From: Fidelibacterota bacterium
Lineage (GTDB): Bacteria > Fidelibacterota > Fidelibacteria > Fidelibacterales > Fidelibacteraceae
DNA length: 64,000 bases
NCBI GenBank assembly: GCA_030600775.1
Contig: JAUVLI010000001.1
Span: 9,230-73,229, forward strand
Direction of reading: 5' to 3'
Shown: positions 20,319-30,482 of the stretch, piece after piece
How positions within the stretch are numbered: the stretch's first letter is position 1
Layout of the letters: each line of letters starts with the position of its first letter
The notes under the pieces: model-generated
Databases searched by the model: none
The model's input: the letters and a program-made list of their open reading frames with translations, nothing else
Told to the model about the DNA's origin: nothing
Position numbers and translations under genes: made by a program

Positions 20319-21164
20319 CTAAAACCCCAAATATTTTTTAAACAATTCTTCTTCTTTTTCTTTATATTCCTTAATCTTACTAATTTTATTATGTATAATA
20401 TTTTCTGTTTCCTTATAACTTATCCAAATAAAAGATGGTGGATAATATTGACCATAAAAATAACCGACTCCATCTCCGAAAAAATTACCATTTGAATTAG
20501 GAACCATCGGTGGACCATTGATTGCAGATAAACTAATAAAAATATGATTTGCATCTGGTATATTTAGCATATTACTAGTAAAAGTAAAGGTATTTGTATT
20601 TGAATCAAGAATAAACAATGAATCTACTATTGCACTTCCATAAATTCTATAAGACAATCTAAAACATGTTTCATTTTCACAATCTGACCATTTAAGCTCA
20701 AAATCATCTAAAGGATTAATTGTATCAGGAATAGAATTTTCATAAATTTCAAATTCGCCCGGCAATTCACAACTACCTGTTGATATATATTCTCTATTAT
20801 TAGCTGTAATTTCTAATTCATAAAATTTATTACTTATCCAATGGAATTTCACATGATCATAATTTAAATTAAAATATCCATAATACCACCAATCACTTTC
20901 AGTTGTACCATAAGAATTATTATATTCGTAAATATTTAAACTATCAAGATTGAAAGAAGCTTGGCTAACAGTTGGATAATATAAAACACTAATATCACCA
21001 CTAGAGTAAACCTGATTATCAATTGAATAAAAACTATTATATAACCGAGCATAAATTCTCATCCTCTTGATTTCAGGATTTGTTCCTTTATCAGAACAGT
21101 TATTAAACAAAATGCAAATCAGAAATAAAAATAAAATAATTCTATAAACCTTTTTTGTTTCCAA
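20319..21164 (-). CDS. lipoprotein, tandem paralogue A (possibly DUF4249-like)
   Basis: 281 aa with lipobox ...LFNNCSDKG. About 60% identical by eye to the next gene, with an identical C-terminus KEKEEELFKKYLGF. Confidence 0.6.
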   Translation of the reverse strand: METKKVYRIILFLFLICILFNNCSDKGTNPEIKRMRIYARLYNSFYSIDNQVYSSGDISVLYYPTVSQASFNLDSLNIYEYNNSYGTTESDWWYYGYFNLNYDHVKFHWISNKFYELEITANNREYISTGSCELPGEFEIYENSIPDTINPLDDFELKWSDCENETCFRLSYRIYGSAIVDSLFILDSNTNTFTFTSNMLNIPDANHIFISLSAINGPPMVPNSNGNFFGDGVGYFYGQYYPPSFIWISYKETENIIHNKISKIKEYKEKEEELFKKYLGF

Positions 21165-21191
21165 TATATTCTCCTATACTTATTTATCATA

Positions 21192-22019
21192 CTAAAAACC
21201 CAAATATTTTTTAAACAATTCTTCTTCTTTCTCTTTTAGTTCATTATTTTTTTTAGTTTGATCAAATATAACATTTTCCGAATTACTATAAGATATTACA
21301 AATTGATAACAAGGGTAATATTTACCATAAAAATAACCAACCCCATCTCCAGAAAAATTACCATCTGAATTGGGAACCATCGGTGGACCATTGATTGCAG
21401 TTAGATTGAAATAAAGGTATTTTGCACCTTCTATATTGAGCTTTTCAGTAGTAAAAGTAAAAGCATTTGTATTGGGATCAATTATGTTCGATGAAGGTAC
21501 TGATGAACTATCATTAATATAAATTGAATAATTCAAGATAAAATTTGTTTCGTTTTCACAATCTGACCATTTAAGGTCAAAATCAACCAAAGGATTAATT
21601 TTGTTTGGAAGAGAATCAAAATAAATTACAAATTCGCCCGGTAATTCACAACTACCTGTTGATACATATTCACCATTATTAGCTGTGATTTCTAATTCAT
21701 AAGATTTATCACATGTCCAATGGAACGTTGTATCACCATAATATTCTTCATACCTCCAACTACTCCTAGTTATACCATAAGAATCGTTATATTCATAAAC
21801 ATCTTTACTATCAAGATTAATAGAAACTTCTCTAACAGCAGGATAATAATAAACATCAATACTACCTAATGACTGAAGATTACTACTTCCGTACCTATTT
21901 GCCAACTGAGCATAAATCCTCATTTTTTTAGATTCGGCATTTGTTCCTTTATCAGAACAATTGGTAAGCAAAAAAACAATCGGGAATAGAACTAAAACAA
22001 CTCTATATATATTTTTCAT
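21192..22019 (-). CDS. lipoprotein, tandem paralogue B (possibly DUF4249-like)
   Basis: 275 aa with lipobox ...LLTNCSDKG. Shares the blocks YELEITANN.EY.STGSCELPGEF, KWSDCENET and AINGPPMVPNS.GNF.GDGVGYFYG with paralogue A. Confidence 0.6.
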   Translation of the reverse strand: MKNIYRVVLVLFPIVFLLTNCSDKGTNAESKKMRIYAQLANRYGSSNLQSLGSIDVYYYPAVREVSINLDSKDVYEYNDSYGITRSSWRYEEYYGDTTFHWTCDKSYELEITANNGEYVSTGSCELPGEFVIYFDSLPNKINPLVDFDLKWSDCENETNFILNYSIYINDSSSVPSSNIIDPNTNAFTFTTEKLNIEGAKYLYFNLTAINGPPMVPNSDGNFSGDGVGYFYGKYYPCYQFVISYSNSENVIFDQTKKNNELKEKEEELFKKYLGF

Positions 22020-22086
22020 TTTTCACTCTCTCTTTTATTCCTTATCCGATTTTCTACTTTGTTTTTAAAAACGACATATCTAAAAT

Positions 22087-22776
22087 TTAATTTTTTATGT
22101 TAACGACTTTCCCATCTTTTAATACAACTTGCCTCCTCAAATATTGTATTACTTTTTCATCATGAGTAGCAAAAATGAAAGTCGTTTTAAGTTCTTTATT
22201 TAATTTAACCATCATCTTTAAAATATTGTGTGAATTTTCCGCATCAAGATTTGCAGTTGGTTCGTCAGCAAGCACTACTTCCGGAATTTTCACCATTGCT
22301 CGAGCTACCGCAACTCGTTGACATTCACCACCAGATAATTGTCCCGGGCGAGATTTTATTTTATCCGTTAATCCCAGCCATTCAAGAGAATCCAACACGG
22401 CTTTTTTTCTTTTACTTGCAGGCATTTTTAAAAGCAAAAGCGGGAATTCCACATTTTCATAAACTGTATAAACCGGTAACAAATTGTAAGTTTGGAAAAT
22501 AAATCCAATATGTTTGTTCCGTAAATTCGCTGCTTTTTTATGCGATAATGCTCCAATAGATTCACCGAGTGTAATAACCTTCCCTTCTGTTGGAGAATCT
22601 AATGAACCAATGACATTTAGCAAAGTTGTTTTCCCAGAACCACTTGGTCCGACAATTCCGGTGAATTCGCCCCTATCAAAAGTAAGATCAATGTTTTTCA
22701 AGGCAGTGAATTTTCCCTTTCCCATAGGAAATTGTTTCTTCATATTTTTAATTGAAATAATTTGTGAATTTTGCAT
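22087..22776 (-). CDS. ABC transporter ATP-binding protein (LolD/MacB-type)
   Basis: 229 aa. Walker A GPSGSGKTT, signature LSGGECQRV and Walker B VVLADEPT. Confidence 0.9.
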   Translation of the reverse strand: MQNSQIISIKNMKKQFPMGKGKFTALKNIDLTFDRGEFTGIVGPSGSGKTTLLNVIGSLDSPTEGKVITLGESIGALSHKKAANLRNKHIGFIFQTYNLLPVYTVYENVEFPLLLLKMPASKRKKAVLDSLEWLGLTDKIKSRPGQLSGGECQRVAVARAMVKIPEVVLADEPTANLDAENSHNILKMMVKLNKELKTTFIFATHDEKVIQYLRRQVVLKDGKVVNIKN

Positions 22777-22892
22777 TTATAAAACTCCTGTTTTTATTTT
22801 TGTATTATTAATTTACAACTTTTATATAATTTAACAAAAAAATATCATATCTTCAAAAACAATCTTTATAATTTGTTAATTATCAAAAAAAT

Positions 22893-24032
22893 CTAATAAT
22901 TATAAATAATCATTAACTTAACAAAATCATCCAACAAAGACATAGATTGGTTATTATTAATGCTTTGTAAATCGTTCGATGTCATCCAAGAATAACTTAA
23001 ATTAATTGAAAAATTATTGTAAGTTTTCTGCCAAGAAAGATAATTATATAATTCCAAACTTTCCAAATCACAATAGATAAATCCATTTACAACATCAAAC
23101 AATCCAATCGGATAATCAATTGTAAATCCCGCAAAATCATGAGTGTTGTCAATTCCAAAAAAATCCTCCGCCATATTTACGAAAAAATATTCACCCAAAA
23201 TGTGCAAACCATTTCCTAATGAAATTGTATAATCGCTTCCAATTGTTAACATTTGCTGCCATTGTGAAAAATGTTCTTCATAATGGATCGCTTCAGCTTC
23301 AAACCACAATCCAATTTCTACATCCCATTTTCCGTCTAATGCAAATCTATTTTCATTATAATTATTCTCTTCCGACAATAAAAGAATATAATTCGTTTCA
23401 TAATGGCGATTGTGATAACTAATGCCCAATTCTCCATTTAATATTGGCAATTGGATCCTTCCACCATATTCAATACTGTTATCTTTTGTTGGAAATATTT
23501 CCATCCCCTTTAGATCATTATTTCCATATAAACACCATGCCCAAATATTTGCATTATTCAAAAAATAATATCTCAATCGCAACCCCCAAACACCTTTTGA
23601 TAAACCAAGTGGATCCTGTGGATCGTTTGATGAAAACCACATCAATGGACGAAACAAAAATGCCGGACCAAAATTTATTTTTTGCAAGCCGAGTCGCATT
23701 TCAAATTGCGTAGTGGAATATCTACTCCAAAGCCGATAAAAATCAATGTCTGAATTACTCGTCGTATCAAAATCCGTCTGATAATATAAATTACCTGTTA
23801 ATTCAAGATCTACAAATTTATTTGATTTGTTATAAATATTCGTTTCTAATGACGGCAAATATCTACTACTAAAAAGATAGCTCGAATTGCCTAATGAACC
23901 TCCAACCAATTCACTAACTTTTCCGTAAAAATTGAATGTTTTATTTTGTGCAAATAAAAAATTAATTGAAATACATACTAACAAAAATAGAATTACTATG
24001 AATTTAATTTCGAAATATTTTTTATTCTTCAT
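22893..24032 (-). CDS. putative outer-membrane beta-barrel protein, family unknown
   Basis: 379 aa with a signal peptide ending FAQ. Aromatic-rich alternating pattern and a C-terminal ...LMIIYNY. First gene of the ABC/LolA-like gene string. Confidence 0.4.
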   Translation of the reverse strand: MKNKKYFEIKFIVILFLLVCISINFLFAQNKTFNFYGKVSELVGGSLGNSSYLFSSRYLPSLETNIYNKSNKFVDLELTGNLYYQTDFDTTSNSDIDFYRLWSRYSTTQFEMRLGLQKINFGPAFLFRPLMWFSSNDPQDPLGLSKGVWGLRLRYYFLNNANIWAWCLYGNNDLKGMEIFPTKDNSIEYGGRIQLPILNGELGISYHNRHYETNYILLLSEENNYNENRFALDGKWDVEIGLWFEAEAIHYEEHFSQWQQMLTIGSDYTISLGNGLHILGEYFFVNMAEDFFGIDNTHDFAGFTIDYPIGLFDVVNGFIYCDLESLELYNYLSWQKTYNNFSINLSYSWMTSNDLQSINNNQSMSLLDDFVKLMIIYNY

Positions 24033-24069
24033 AACAATTTTTAAATATTTTTAAACAATTATCAACATA

Positions 24070-24102
24070 AAAAAACAGCGGATATTCATCCACTGTTTTT
24101 TT
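24070..24102 (-). terminator. intrinsic (bidirectional-looking) terminator after hflC
   Basis: aaaaaacagcgga-tattca-tccactgttttttt. 8-bp stem with one mismatch, flanked by an A-run and a T-run. Confidence 0.6.
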
Positions 24103-24172
24103 ATTCTAATAAATTTTACATTACTTTTCCCAAAAAATAATAATTGATCAACTATTTCAATTATAATAACTA

Positions 24173-25108
24173 TTATTTTTCTTTCAAGAATTTATAAAAA
24201 TCACTTTCCGTAGATAATATCAATTTAGTACTGGAATCAATTGTATTTTTATATGTATCCATTGTTTTAGTAAATTCATAAAAATCTCTCGACTGCACAT
24301 TTTTATTATATGCATTCGTATAAATGGCGGTAGCCTTAGCATCTGCCTTACCTTTTATTTCTTCAGCAGTTTTAAATGCTTCTGATCTAATTCTTTGTAA
24401 TTCACGATCTTTTTCTCCACCGATTCGAGATGCTTCTCCTTCACCTTCTGAACGATATTTGTCGGCAATTCTTTTTCTTTCAGTGATCATCCTTCCAAAT
24501 ACTTTTTCTTGAACTTCCTTTACATAATTAATTCTTTTAAATTTAAAATCAAGAATTTTTATTCCAAGATCACTCGTTCTTTTCTGTGCATTTTCTAAAA
24601 CTTTTTCTGCGATTTTATGTCTTCCTATCTTTATTTCAGCCAATGGATCCGTTTCTTGAGAAACAATCGTATCTGCAATTTTTTCACTTCTATTTGAAGA
24701 TCTTACAACTTCAATAAGATCATTATTCGCAATAACATTTCTAGTTTCACCATCAATTATACCATCCAATCGAGAATGAGCTCCTCGTTCGTCTCGTAAT
24801 CTCTTATAAAAAAGAAGCGGATCCACTATTTGCCATCTTGCATAAGCATCAACCCAAATAAATCTTTTATTTTTAGTTGGAACCTGATTTCTCTGGCCAT
24901 CCCATTCTAAAAATCTTTTATCAAAAAAATGTGGTGTATCCAAAAATGGCATTTTAAAATGAACTCCAGGATTGATAATCGGTTCGCCTACCGGCTTTCC
25001 TAATCGCGTAACTATAACTTGCTCTGTTTCATCCGTAATATATAACGATAAAAAAGCACCAAGTATTATTATTGCTAATAAAATAATTAGATATTTTAAT
25101 TTTTTCAT
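24173..25108 (-). CDS. hflC: FtsH protease modulator HflC (SPFH domain)
   Basis: 311 aa with an N-terminal TM and an SPFH/band-7 domain. Directly downstream of hflK. Confidence 0.8.
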   Translation of the reverse strand: MKKLKYLIILLAIIILGAFLSLYITDETEQVIVTRLGKPVGEPIINPGVHFKMPFLDTPHFFDKRFLEWDGQRNQVPTKNKRFIWVDAYARWQIVDPLLFYKRLRDERGAHSRLDGIIDGETRNVIANNDLIEVVRSSNRSEKIADTIVSQETDPLAEIKIGRHKIAEKVLENAQKRTSDLGIKILDFKFKRINYVKEVQEKVFGRMITERKRIADKYRSEGEGEASRIGGEKDRELQRIRSEAFKTAEEIKGKADAKATAIYTNAYNKNVQSRDFYEFTKTMDTYKNTIDSSTKLILSTESDFYKFLKEK

Positions 25109-25118
25109 CTTTATCCCT

Positions 25119-26084
25119 CTATTTTTTATTATCTAAATTTAATAATGGAAGTATACCAGAAATCCCATCGTCTATAATATATTTCATACCGGCTTTAGGA
25201 ATGATTTCATTCATTGTTTCCAAATAAATTCTTTGACGCGTTACTTCGGGAGCCCTTCTGTATTCATTATATATTGCATTAAATCTTGCTATATCACCTT
25301 GCGATCTGTTTACCCTATTCAATGCATATCCTTCTGCCTGTTGGATCATCTGTTTTGCTTCACCAATGGCACGAGGTACGACTTTATTGTATTCAGAGTA
25401 TGCTTGATTTATTAATTTTTCCTTATCTTGCTGTGCCTCATTTACTTCGTTAAAAGATGCTTTAACCCTATCCGGTGGAGTCACATTCTGTAAAACAACT
25501 TGCTCAATCTTTATTCCCGTTTGATATTGGTTACACAGTTTTTGCAATGTTTCTTGAACGGCACTTGCAATTTCTTGACGACCAATTGTCAATACTTCAT
25601 TCACAGTTCTATCACCAACAATTTCACGCATTGCCGCTTCTGTCATATCTCTCAATGTCTTAGTTGAATTTCGAACTTTAAATAAGTATTTATAGGGATC
25701 GCCTATACGATATTGAACTATCCATTCAACTATTGCAACATTTAAATCGCCGGTTAACATTAATGATTCGTTGTTATAAGAACGCGATGAATAGGCCGAA
25801 CTAATACCTGCTTTAATTGTCCTAAAACCAAACTCTTGTTTCAATTGTCTTTCTACCGGAACCTTGTATAATTTTTCAATATACGGAAGTTTCATTTTAA
25901 ATCCGGGTTCAACCGATCTGTTATACTTCCCTAATCTTAAAATTACCCCTATTTCTTCTGGCTCAATTATGAACCACGAATTCAATAATACTACAACAAT
26001 AACTACAATAATAATTATCCTTGTTAGCTTTTTTGAATTTGTTTTGAGTGTATCCAGAAAACTTTGTAATTCTTCATTTGCCAT
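25119..26084 (-). CDS. hflK: FtsH protease modulator HflK (SPFH domain)
   Basis: 321 aa with a TM helix, then EPEEIGVILRLGKY... SPFH domain. Paired with hflC. Confidence 0.8.
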   Translation of the reverse strand: MANEELQSFLDTLKTNSKKLTRIIIIVVIVVVLLNSWFIIEPEEIGVILRLGKYNRSVEPGFKMKLPYIEKLYKVPVERQLKQEFGFRTIKAGISSAYSSRSYNNESLMLTGDLNVAIVEWIVQYRIGDPYKYLFKVRNSTKTLRDMTEAAMREIVGDRTVNEVLTIGRQEIASAVQETLQKLCNQYQTGIKIEQVVLQNVTPPDRVKASFNEVNEAQQDKEKLINQAYSEYNKVVPRAIGEAKQMIQQAEGYALNRVNRSQGDIARFNAIYNEYRRAPEVTRQRIYLETMNEIIPKAGMKYIIDDGISGILPLLNLDNKK

Positions 26085-26181
26085 TATATCCTCCCTGTTT
26101 ATATTTTACAATTCATTAAACATATTCTTTATTATATAAAGTAATAAAAAATTATGTCAATTGCAAATAATTTACTAAATA

Positions 26182-28002
26182 CTATTCCGCATATAATTTC
26201 TCTATTTCAGAAGCATATTTTTCTGTAATTACTCTTCTCTTGATTTTTATGCTTGGTGTAAGTTCACCGTCTTTGATCGTAAATGCAGATGATATTAATA
26301 TATATTTTCTCACTTGTTCATATCTTGCTAAATTTTGTTGCAATCTGTGTAATTCATTATTGAATAAAGTAAAAACTTGTGGTAAAGCTAATAATTCTTT
26401 ATAGCTTTTATATGATAATAATTTTCGTTTTGCCCACTTTTCAATAATATCTTGAGGTGGTACTATCATAGCAGAAAGAAAATTCCTATTATCACCTATT
26501 ACTACAATTTGGTCAATATATCTCGATTTGGACAATTGATGTTCAATATTTGACGGTGCAATATTTTTCCCACCAGAGGTAACAATAATATTTTTTTTAC
26601 GATCTGTAATATGTAAAAATCCATCATTATCTATTAGTCCAATATCTCCGGAATAAAGCCAGCCATTTTTATCAATCATTTTTTTGGTTGCATCTTTATT
26701 TTTATAATAACCCTTCATCACATTTGGTCCTCTGAAAAGAATTTCGCCATCAGAAGCAATTTTCATTTCAACATCCGGTATAGTTGTCCCAACTGTGCCA
26801 AATTTTATTTTATCACGACGAACAACATTGGTAACAGGTGTTAATTCTGTCATTCCAAACCCCTCTAATAAAATAATTCCCGAAGCTGCAAAAAATTCAC
26901 CAATATTTTTTGATAATGGAGCTCCTCCAGAAATTCCAAATAAAAATTCGCCACCAAACACATCGTGAATTTTACTAAAAATCAACTTCTTAGCAATTTT
27001 ATACTTTAGACCTAACATTCCTGCCGGCTTTTTATTTTTTTGGATATATTTTCTAGAAACTTCACTACCAATATCCTGAGCCCAGAAAAATATTTTCTGT
27101 TTCATTGGCGAAGCATTACCAACACCATCAATTATTTTTGAAAATATTTTTTCATACAAACGAGGAACCGATATAAGATAATGTGGTTTTGCTTCTTTTA
27201 AATTCTCGGGAACCTTTATCATTTCTTCTGCAAAATAGGTTGTAGATCCAATTAGAAAACAAAAAATTGAGCCAACTCGTTCTAAACTATGACTGAGCGG
27301 CAAAAACGATAACCATCTTTTTCTATGTTCAAAGTGCAACGCTTCTTGAGATGCCTGCGCATTTGTCGCAATATTAAAATGAGTTAACATCACTCCTTTT
27401 GGTGGGCCTGTCGTTCCGGATGTATAAATAATTGTCCAAAGGTCGTCTTTTTTGATTTTTTTACCTTCATCTTCTAAAGTATAATCAACACCTTTGAGAA
27501 ATTCCTTACCAATATCCAAAAATTCTGAAAATTTCATTATCCAATCTTCTTTAAAATCAACTTCATCAAAAATTACCATTTTATCTACATTTTTAATGTG
27601 CTTTTTTATTTCGATGATCTTTTTCGCCTGTTCCTCAGTAGAAACAAATATGAATTTAGCATCTGATTTTTTAATGATATATTTACACTGATCTGGTAGT
27701 AATGTAGGATAAATCGGAACGGTTACAAATCCAAAATGAGCACAAGCAAAATCTATCATCGTCCATTCGGGACGATTTTCAGATTGTAAAGCAATTTTAT
27801 CATCTTTCTCAAATCCCAATTTTCTTAATGCCATCGCAATGAGTTCTATTTTATCTCTTGCTTCAGAATAAGTGACAGGCAACCATTTTTCACCCTTTTT
27901 ATAATAAAAAAGATCTTGATCCTTATTCTCTTTCATTGATTTACCGAACATTTCCGGTATTGTTTCTAAATAATTAATTAAATACTTCATGGTTCCCTCC
28001 AT
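26182..28002 (-). CDS. long-chain fatty acid--CoA ligase (AMP-binding enzyme)
   Basis: 606 aa. AMP-binding motif IIYTSGTTGPPKGV, plus ...GDIG...D..GF..ITDRKK. Confidence 0.85.
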   Translation of the reverse strand: MEGTMKYLINYLETIPEMFGKSMKENKDQDLFYYKKGEKWLPVTYSEARDKIELIAMALRKLGFEKDDKIALQSENRPEWTMIDFACAHFGFVTVPIYPTLLPDQCKYIIKKSDAKFIFVSTEEQAKKIIEIKKHIKNVDKMVIFDEVDFKEDWIMKFSEFLDIGKEFLKGVDYTLEDEGKKIKKDDLWTIIYTSGTTGPPKGVMLTHFNIATNAQASQEALHFEHRKRWLSFLPLSHSLERVGSIFCFLIGSTTYFAEEMIKVPENLKEAKPHYLISVPRLYEKIFSKIIDGVGNASPMKQKIFFWAQDIGSEVSRKYIQKNKKPAGMLGLKYKIAKKLIFSKIHDVFGGEFLFGISGGAPLSKNIGEFFAASGIILLEGFGMTELTPVTNVVRRDKIKFGTVGTTIPDVEMKIASDGEILFRGPNVMKGYYKNKDATKKMIDKNGWLYSGDIGLIDNDGFLHITDRKKNIIVTSGGKNIAPSNIEHQLSKSRYIDQIVVIGDNRNFLSAMIVPPQDIIEKWAKRKLLSYKSYKELLALPQVFTLFNNELHRLQQNLARYEQVRKYILISSAFTIKDGELTPSIKIKRRVITEKYASEIEKLYAE

Positions 28003-28072
28003 TTTTTTACAATATTACAATATTTTTTTAAAAAATGCAAATAATAAAAATATTTTTTTCAATTATTGATAT

Positions 28073-28556
28073 CTATTTATTGTAATAATTTTCTGATTTA
28101 AGGATCTCTCTTACACCGCCATAACCCGCACTAAAAGATGTCATTATTAAATATTCAATTTTCGGATCATTTATAATTCCCTGAGAATCTATTACAGAAA
28201 GAACCGTATCCAAAATCATTTGAAATTTACTTTGATCAACAAAATATTTCGATCCATAGGCACTTGAGAATCCTCCAAGATGAATATTAAATAATATTGC
28301 GTTGATCTGTTGAATTAATTACTTCGTTTTCTGCTGTCCAGTTCGCACCGTGCAAATGAAATACAAGCGTAAATTTATTATTATTACTTTGAAAATTGTC
28401 GGGTACAAATAATTGAGCAAATTGACTTGCCGCTTCATCCAAATTTAATTTTTCCGTTAAATCTACTCTCGTTCCTGAATCACTTCTTGCGAATAAGTCA
28501 TTTATTAAAAAAATCATAAGCAAACAGAGAAATATCGTTGTATTTTTCAATTTCAT
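28073..28556 (-). pseudogene. secreted esterase/alpha-beta-hydrolase-like gene interrupted by a frameshift
   Basis: The track ORF 28287-28556 (signal peptide ...FHLHGANWTAENEV...) stops at 28287. The sequence continues in another frame as NAILFNIHLGGFSSAYGSKYFVDQSKF...IMTSFSAGYGGVREILKSENYYNK to a TAG at 28073-28075. The frame switch must lie around 28290-28325. Confidence 0.6.
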
Positions 28557-29593
28557 AATAAATACCTTTTATTTACTTTTCCCCATTCCTCTAAAACTGC
28601 AATAGCCGTTTCCGGATTTACATCTAAACCGAATTCGAATTGATCAATGATTCCGCCATTTGGATCGTATAAATTTTTGGCTAATTTTTGAACTGCTTGT
28701 CGTCCAATTTTTGGATCTTTTGAAGGTAAAACATTTTGTCGGTCAATTTCACCCCAAAATGTAATTCTACCTCTAAACCGCCTGCCGATCTCTTCAATAT
28801 CCATACAAAATAATTGTGAATTTATTGCGTCAACACCAATCTCTATCAAATCCTCATAAATATCAATTATATATCCGTCTGAATGCATAAAGACAAATTT
28901 ATTGTTCGTATGAGCAATATCGCAATACTCTTTGTAAAGTGGTTTAAAGATCTCTCGCCATAATTTCGGTGAAATTAATAAACTATTCTGTGAGCCCCAA
29001 TCGTCCATGAACATTAATCCGTCCACATCGGTTTTTGCCCACATTTCAAATTCTTTTAAATAAAATTGATGGATCGTATTAAGCAAATTAAAAAAATCAT
29101 CATCTTGAACTACACAATCCATCATCGCATTTTCAGTTCCGCGAATAAATTGGTATCTTTCCCAAGGTCGTGGAATACAATTTGCTCTCACAAACTTATC
29201 CGTCTCTGCACAAAACTTTTTCGTGATTTCTTTTATTTTGTCAAAATCAGTTGGAAGCCATTCATAAGGCGGTTTTATACTTTTCCAATCTGAAAGCTCT
29301 TTCAATATTGGTTTTTTAACTTCACCCATCATTCCGTCAAGAATATTTACAAATTCACAACCCCATTCGTCCGTATATTTTCCTATTTCATTCTCTTTAC
29401 CTTTGACTCGCAGAGAAGTTGGATAAAAATAATCCACACCACAAATATCATTTGGGAATCGTGTCTCTATTTCTTTTACAGTTTTGGGATATCTTTTAAT
29501 TGCCCACGGTAAGGAAATTATTTCACGAGGAATTCTTGATGGATAATTAAATGTCAATGTGTCTTTTACTATTTCTCTTGAAGTTTGTGGCAT
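28553..29593 (-). CDS. uroporphyrinogen decarboxylase (URO-D) family protein
   Basis: 346 aa. General URO-D/MtaA-like TIM-barrel pattern (...FMHSDGYIIDIYEDLIEIGVDAINSQ...). The assignment rests on family resemblance only. Confidence 0.5.
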   Translation of the reverse strand: MPQTSREIVKDTLTFNYPSRIPREIISLPWAIKRYPKTVKEIETRFPNDICGVDYFYPTSLRVKGKENEIGKYTDEWGCEFVNILDGMMGEVKKPILKELSDWKSIKPPYEWLPTDFDKIKEITKKFCAETDKFVRANCIPRPWERYQFIRGTENAMMDCVVQDDDFFNLLNTIHQFYLKEFEMWAKTDVDGLMFMDDWGSQNSLLISPKLWREIFKPLYKEYCDIAHTNNKFVFMHSDGYIIDIYEDLIEIGVDAINSQLFCMDIEEIGRRFRGRITFWGEIDRQNVLPSKDPKIGRQAVQKLAKNLYDPNGGIIDQFEFGLDVNPETAIAVLEEWGKVNKRYLL

Positions 29594-29741
29594 TTATTTT
29601 CTTTTATTTTATTATTTATAATTAATATATAGATTTAAAATTGTTACAATAATTACAACCCTACGGAATTTTTTCAAGTGTTTTTTTTGTCCATTATTCA
29701 AAATATATTCTTACTTTTCATTTGTTCTGTGGCACAATATA

Positions 29742-30443
29742 TTAAATAATCTTCGCTAATCCACTAATACAAGCAGTCTCTGTTCTTAATCGGCGATTAC
29801 TTAAATATATTGGCAAATATCCATTTTCAATTGCTACTTCAATCTCTTCATCAGTAAATCCACCCTCCGGTCCAACTAATAAAATAATTTTATTATTTGC
29901 CTCTTTTACAAATTTATCTAATCGTGAATAGCTTTCATTTTGCGAAAAAATGAATCTTTTTGCACTTTTGTTTTGTGTAATGAATTCATCAAAATTTGTT
30001 AACGGAAACATTTTTGGAATTACACTTCTACCGCATTGCTTTGTAGCCGATAGAATTATTTTTTCATCTCGTTTCTGCTTTATATTTTTATTTTCTGAAT
30101 ATCTTGTATTCAACGGATAAATTTTTTTTACACCAAGCTCTGTTGATTTTTCAATTAACCATTCCCATCTTTTCTGCTTGATCATTCCTACAGCAATAGA
30201 AATATCTGTTTTTAATTCGCCATAGTTTTTGAATATTTCCAATATTTTACAATTTGTCTCTTCTTTATTGATTTCAATAATTTTACATGAAAACATCAAA
30301 CCATTTCCATCCATAACAAAAATATTATCACCAATTTTCTCACGCAATACTCTCGAAAGATGAAAATGTTCTTGTCCGGAAATTACTAATGTAGAATTCC
30401 CTAATTGAATATTATCGGAAAAAAAATATTCTCTATGACTCAT
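29742..30443 (-). CDS. rsmE: 16S rRNA (uracil1498-N3)-methyltransferase
   Basis: 233 aa with a PUA-like N-terminus and a SPOUT C-terminus (...LLVGPEGGFTDEE...LSNRRLRTETA). Confidence 0.8.
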   Translation of the reverse strand: MSHREYFFSDNIQLGNSTLVISGQEHFHLSRVLREKIGDNIFVMDGNGLMFSCKIIEINKEETNCKILEIFKNYGELKTDISIAVGMIKQKRWEWLIEKSTELGVKKIYPLNTRYSENKNIKQKRDEKIILSATKQCGRSVIPKMFPLTNFDEFITQNKSAKRFIFSQNESYSRLDKFVKEANNKIILLVGPEGGFTDEEIEVAIENGYLPIYLSNRRLRTETACISGLAKII

Positions 30444-30482
30444 TATAAATAATCAACAATAATTATAAATCTTAATAATGGA

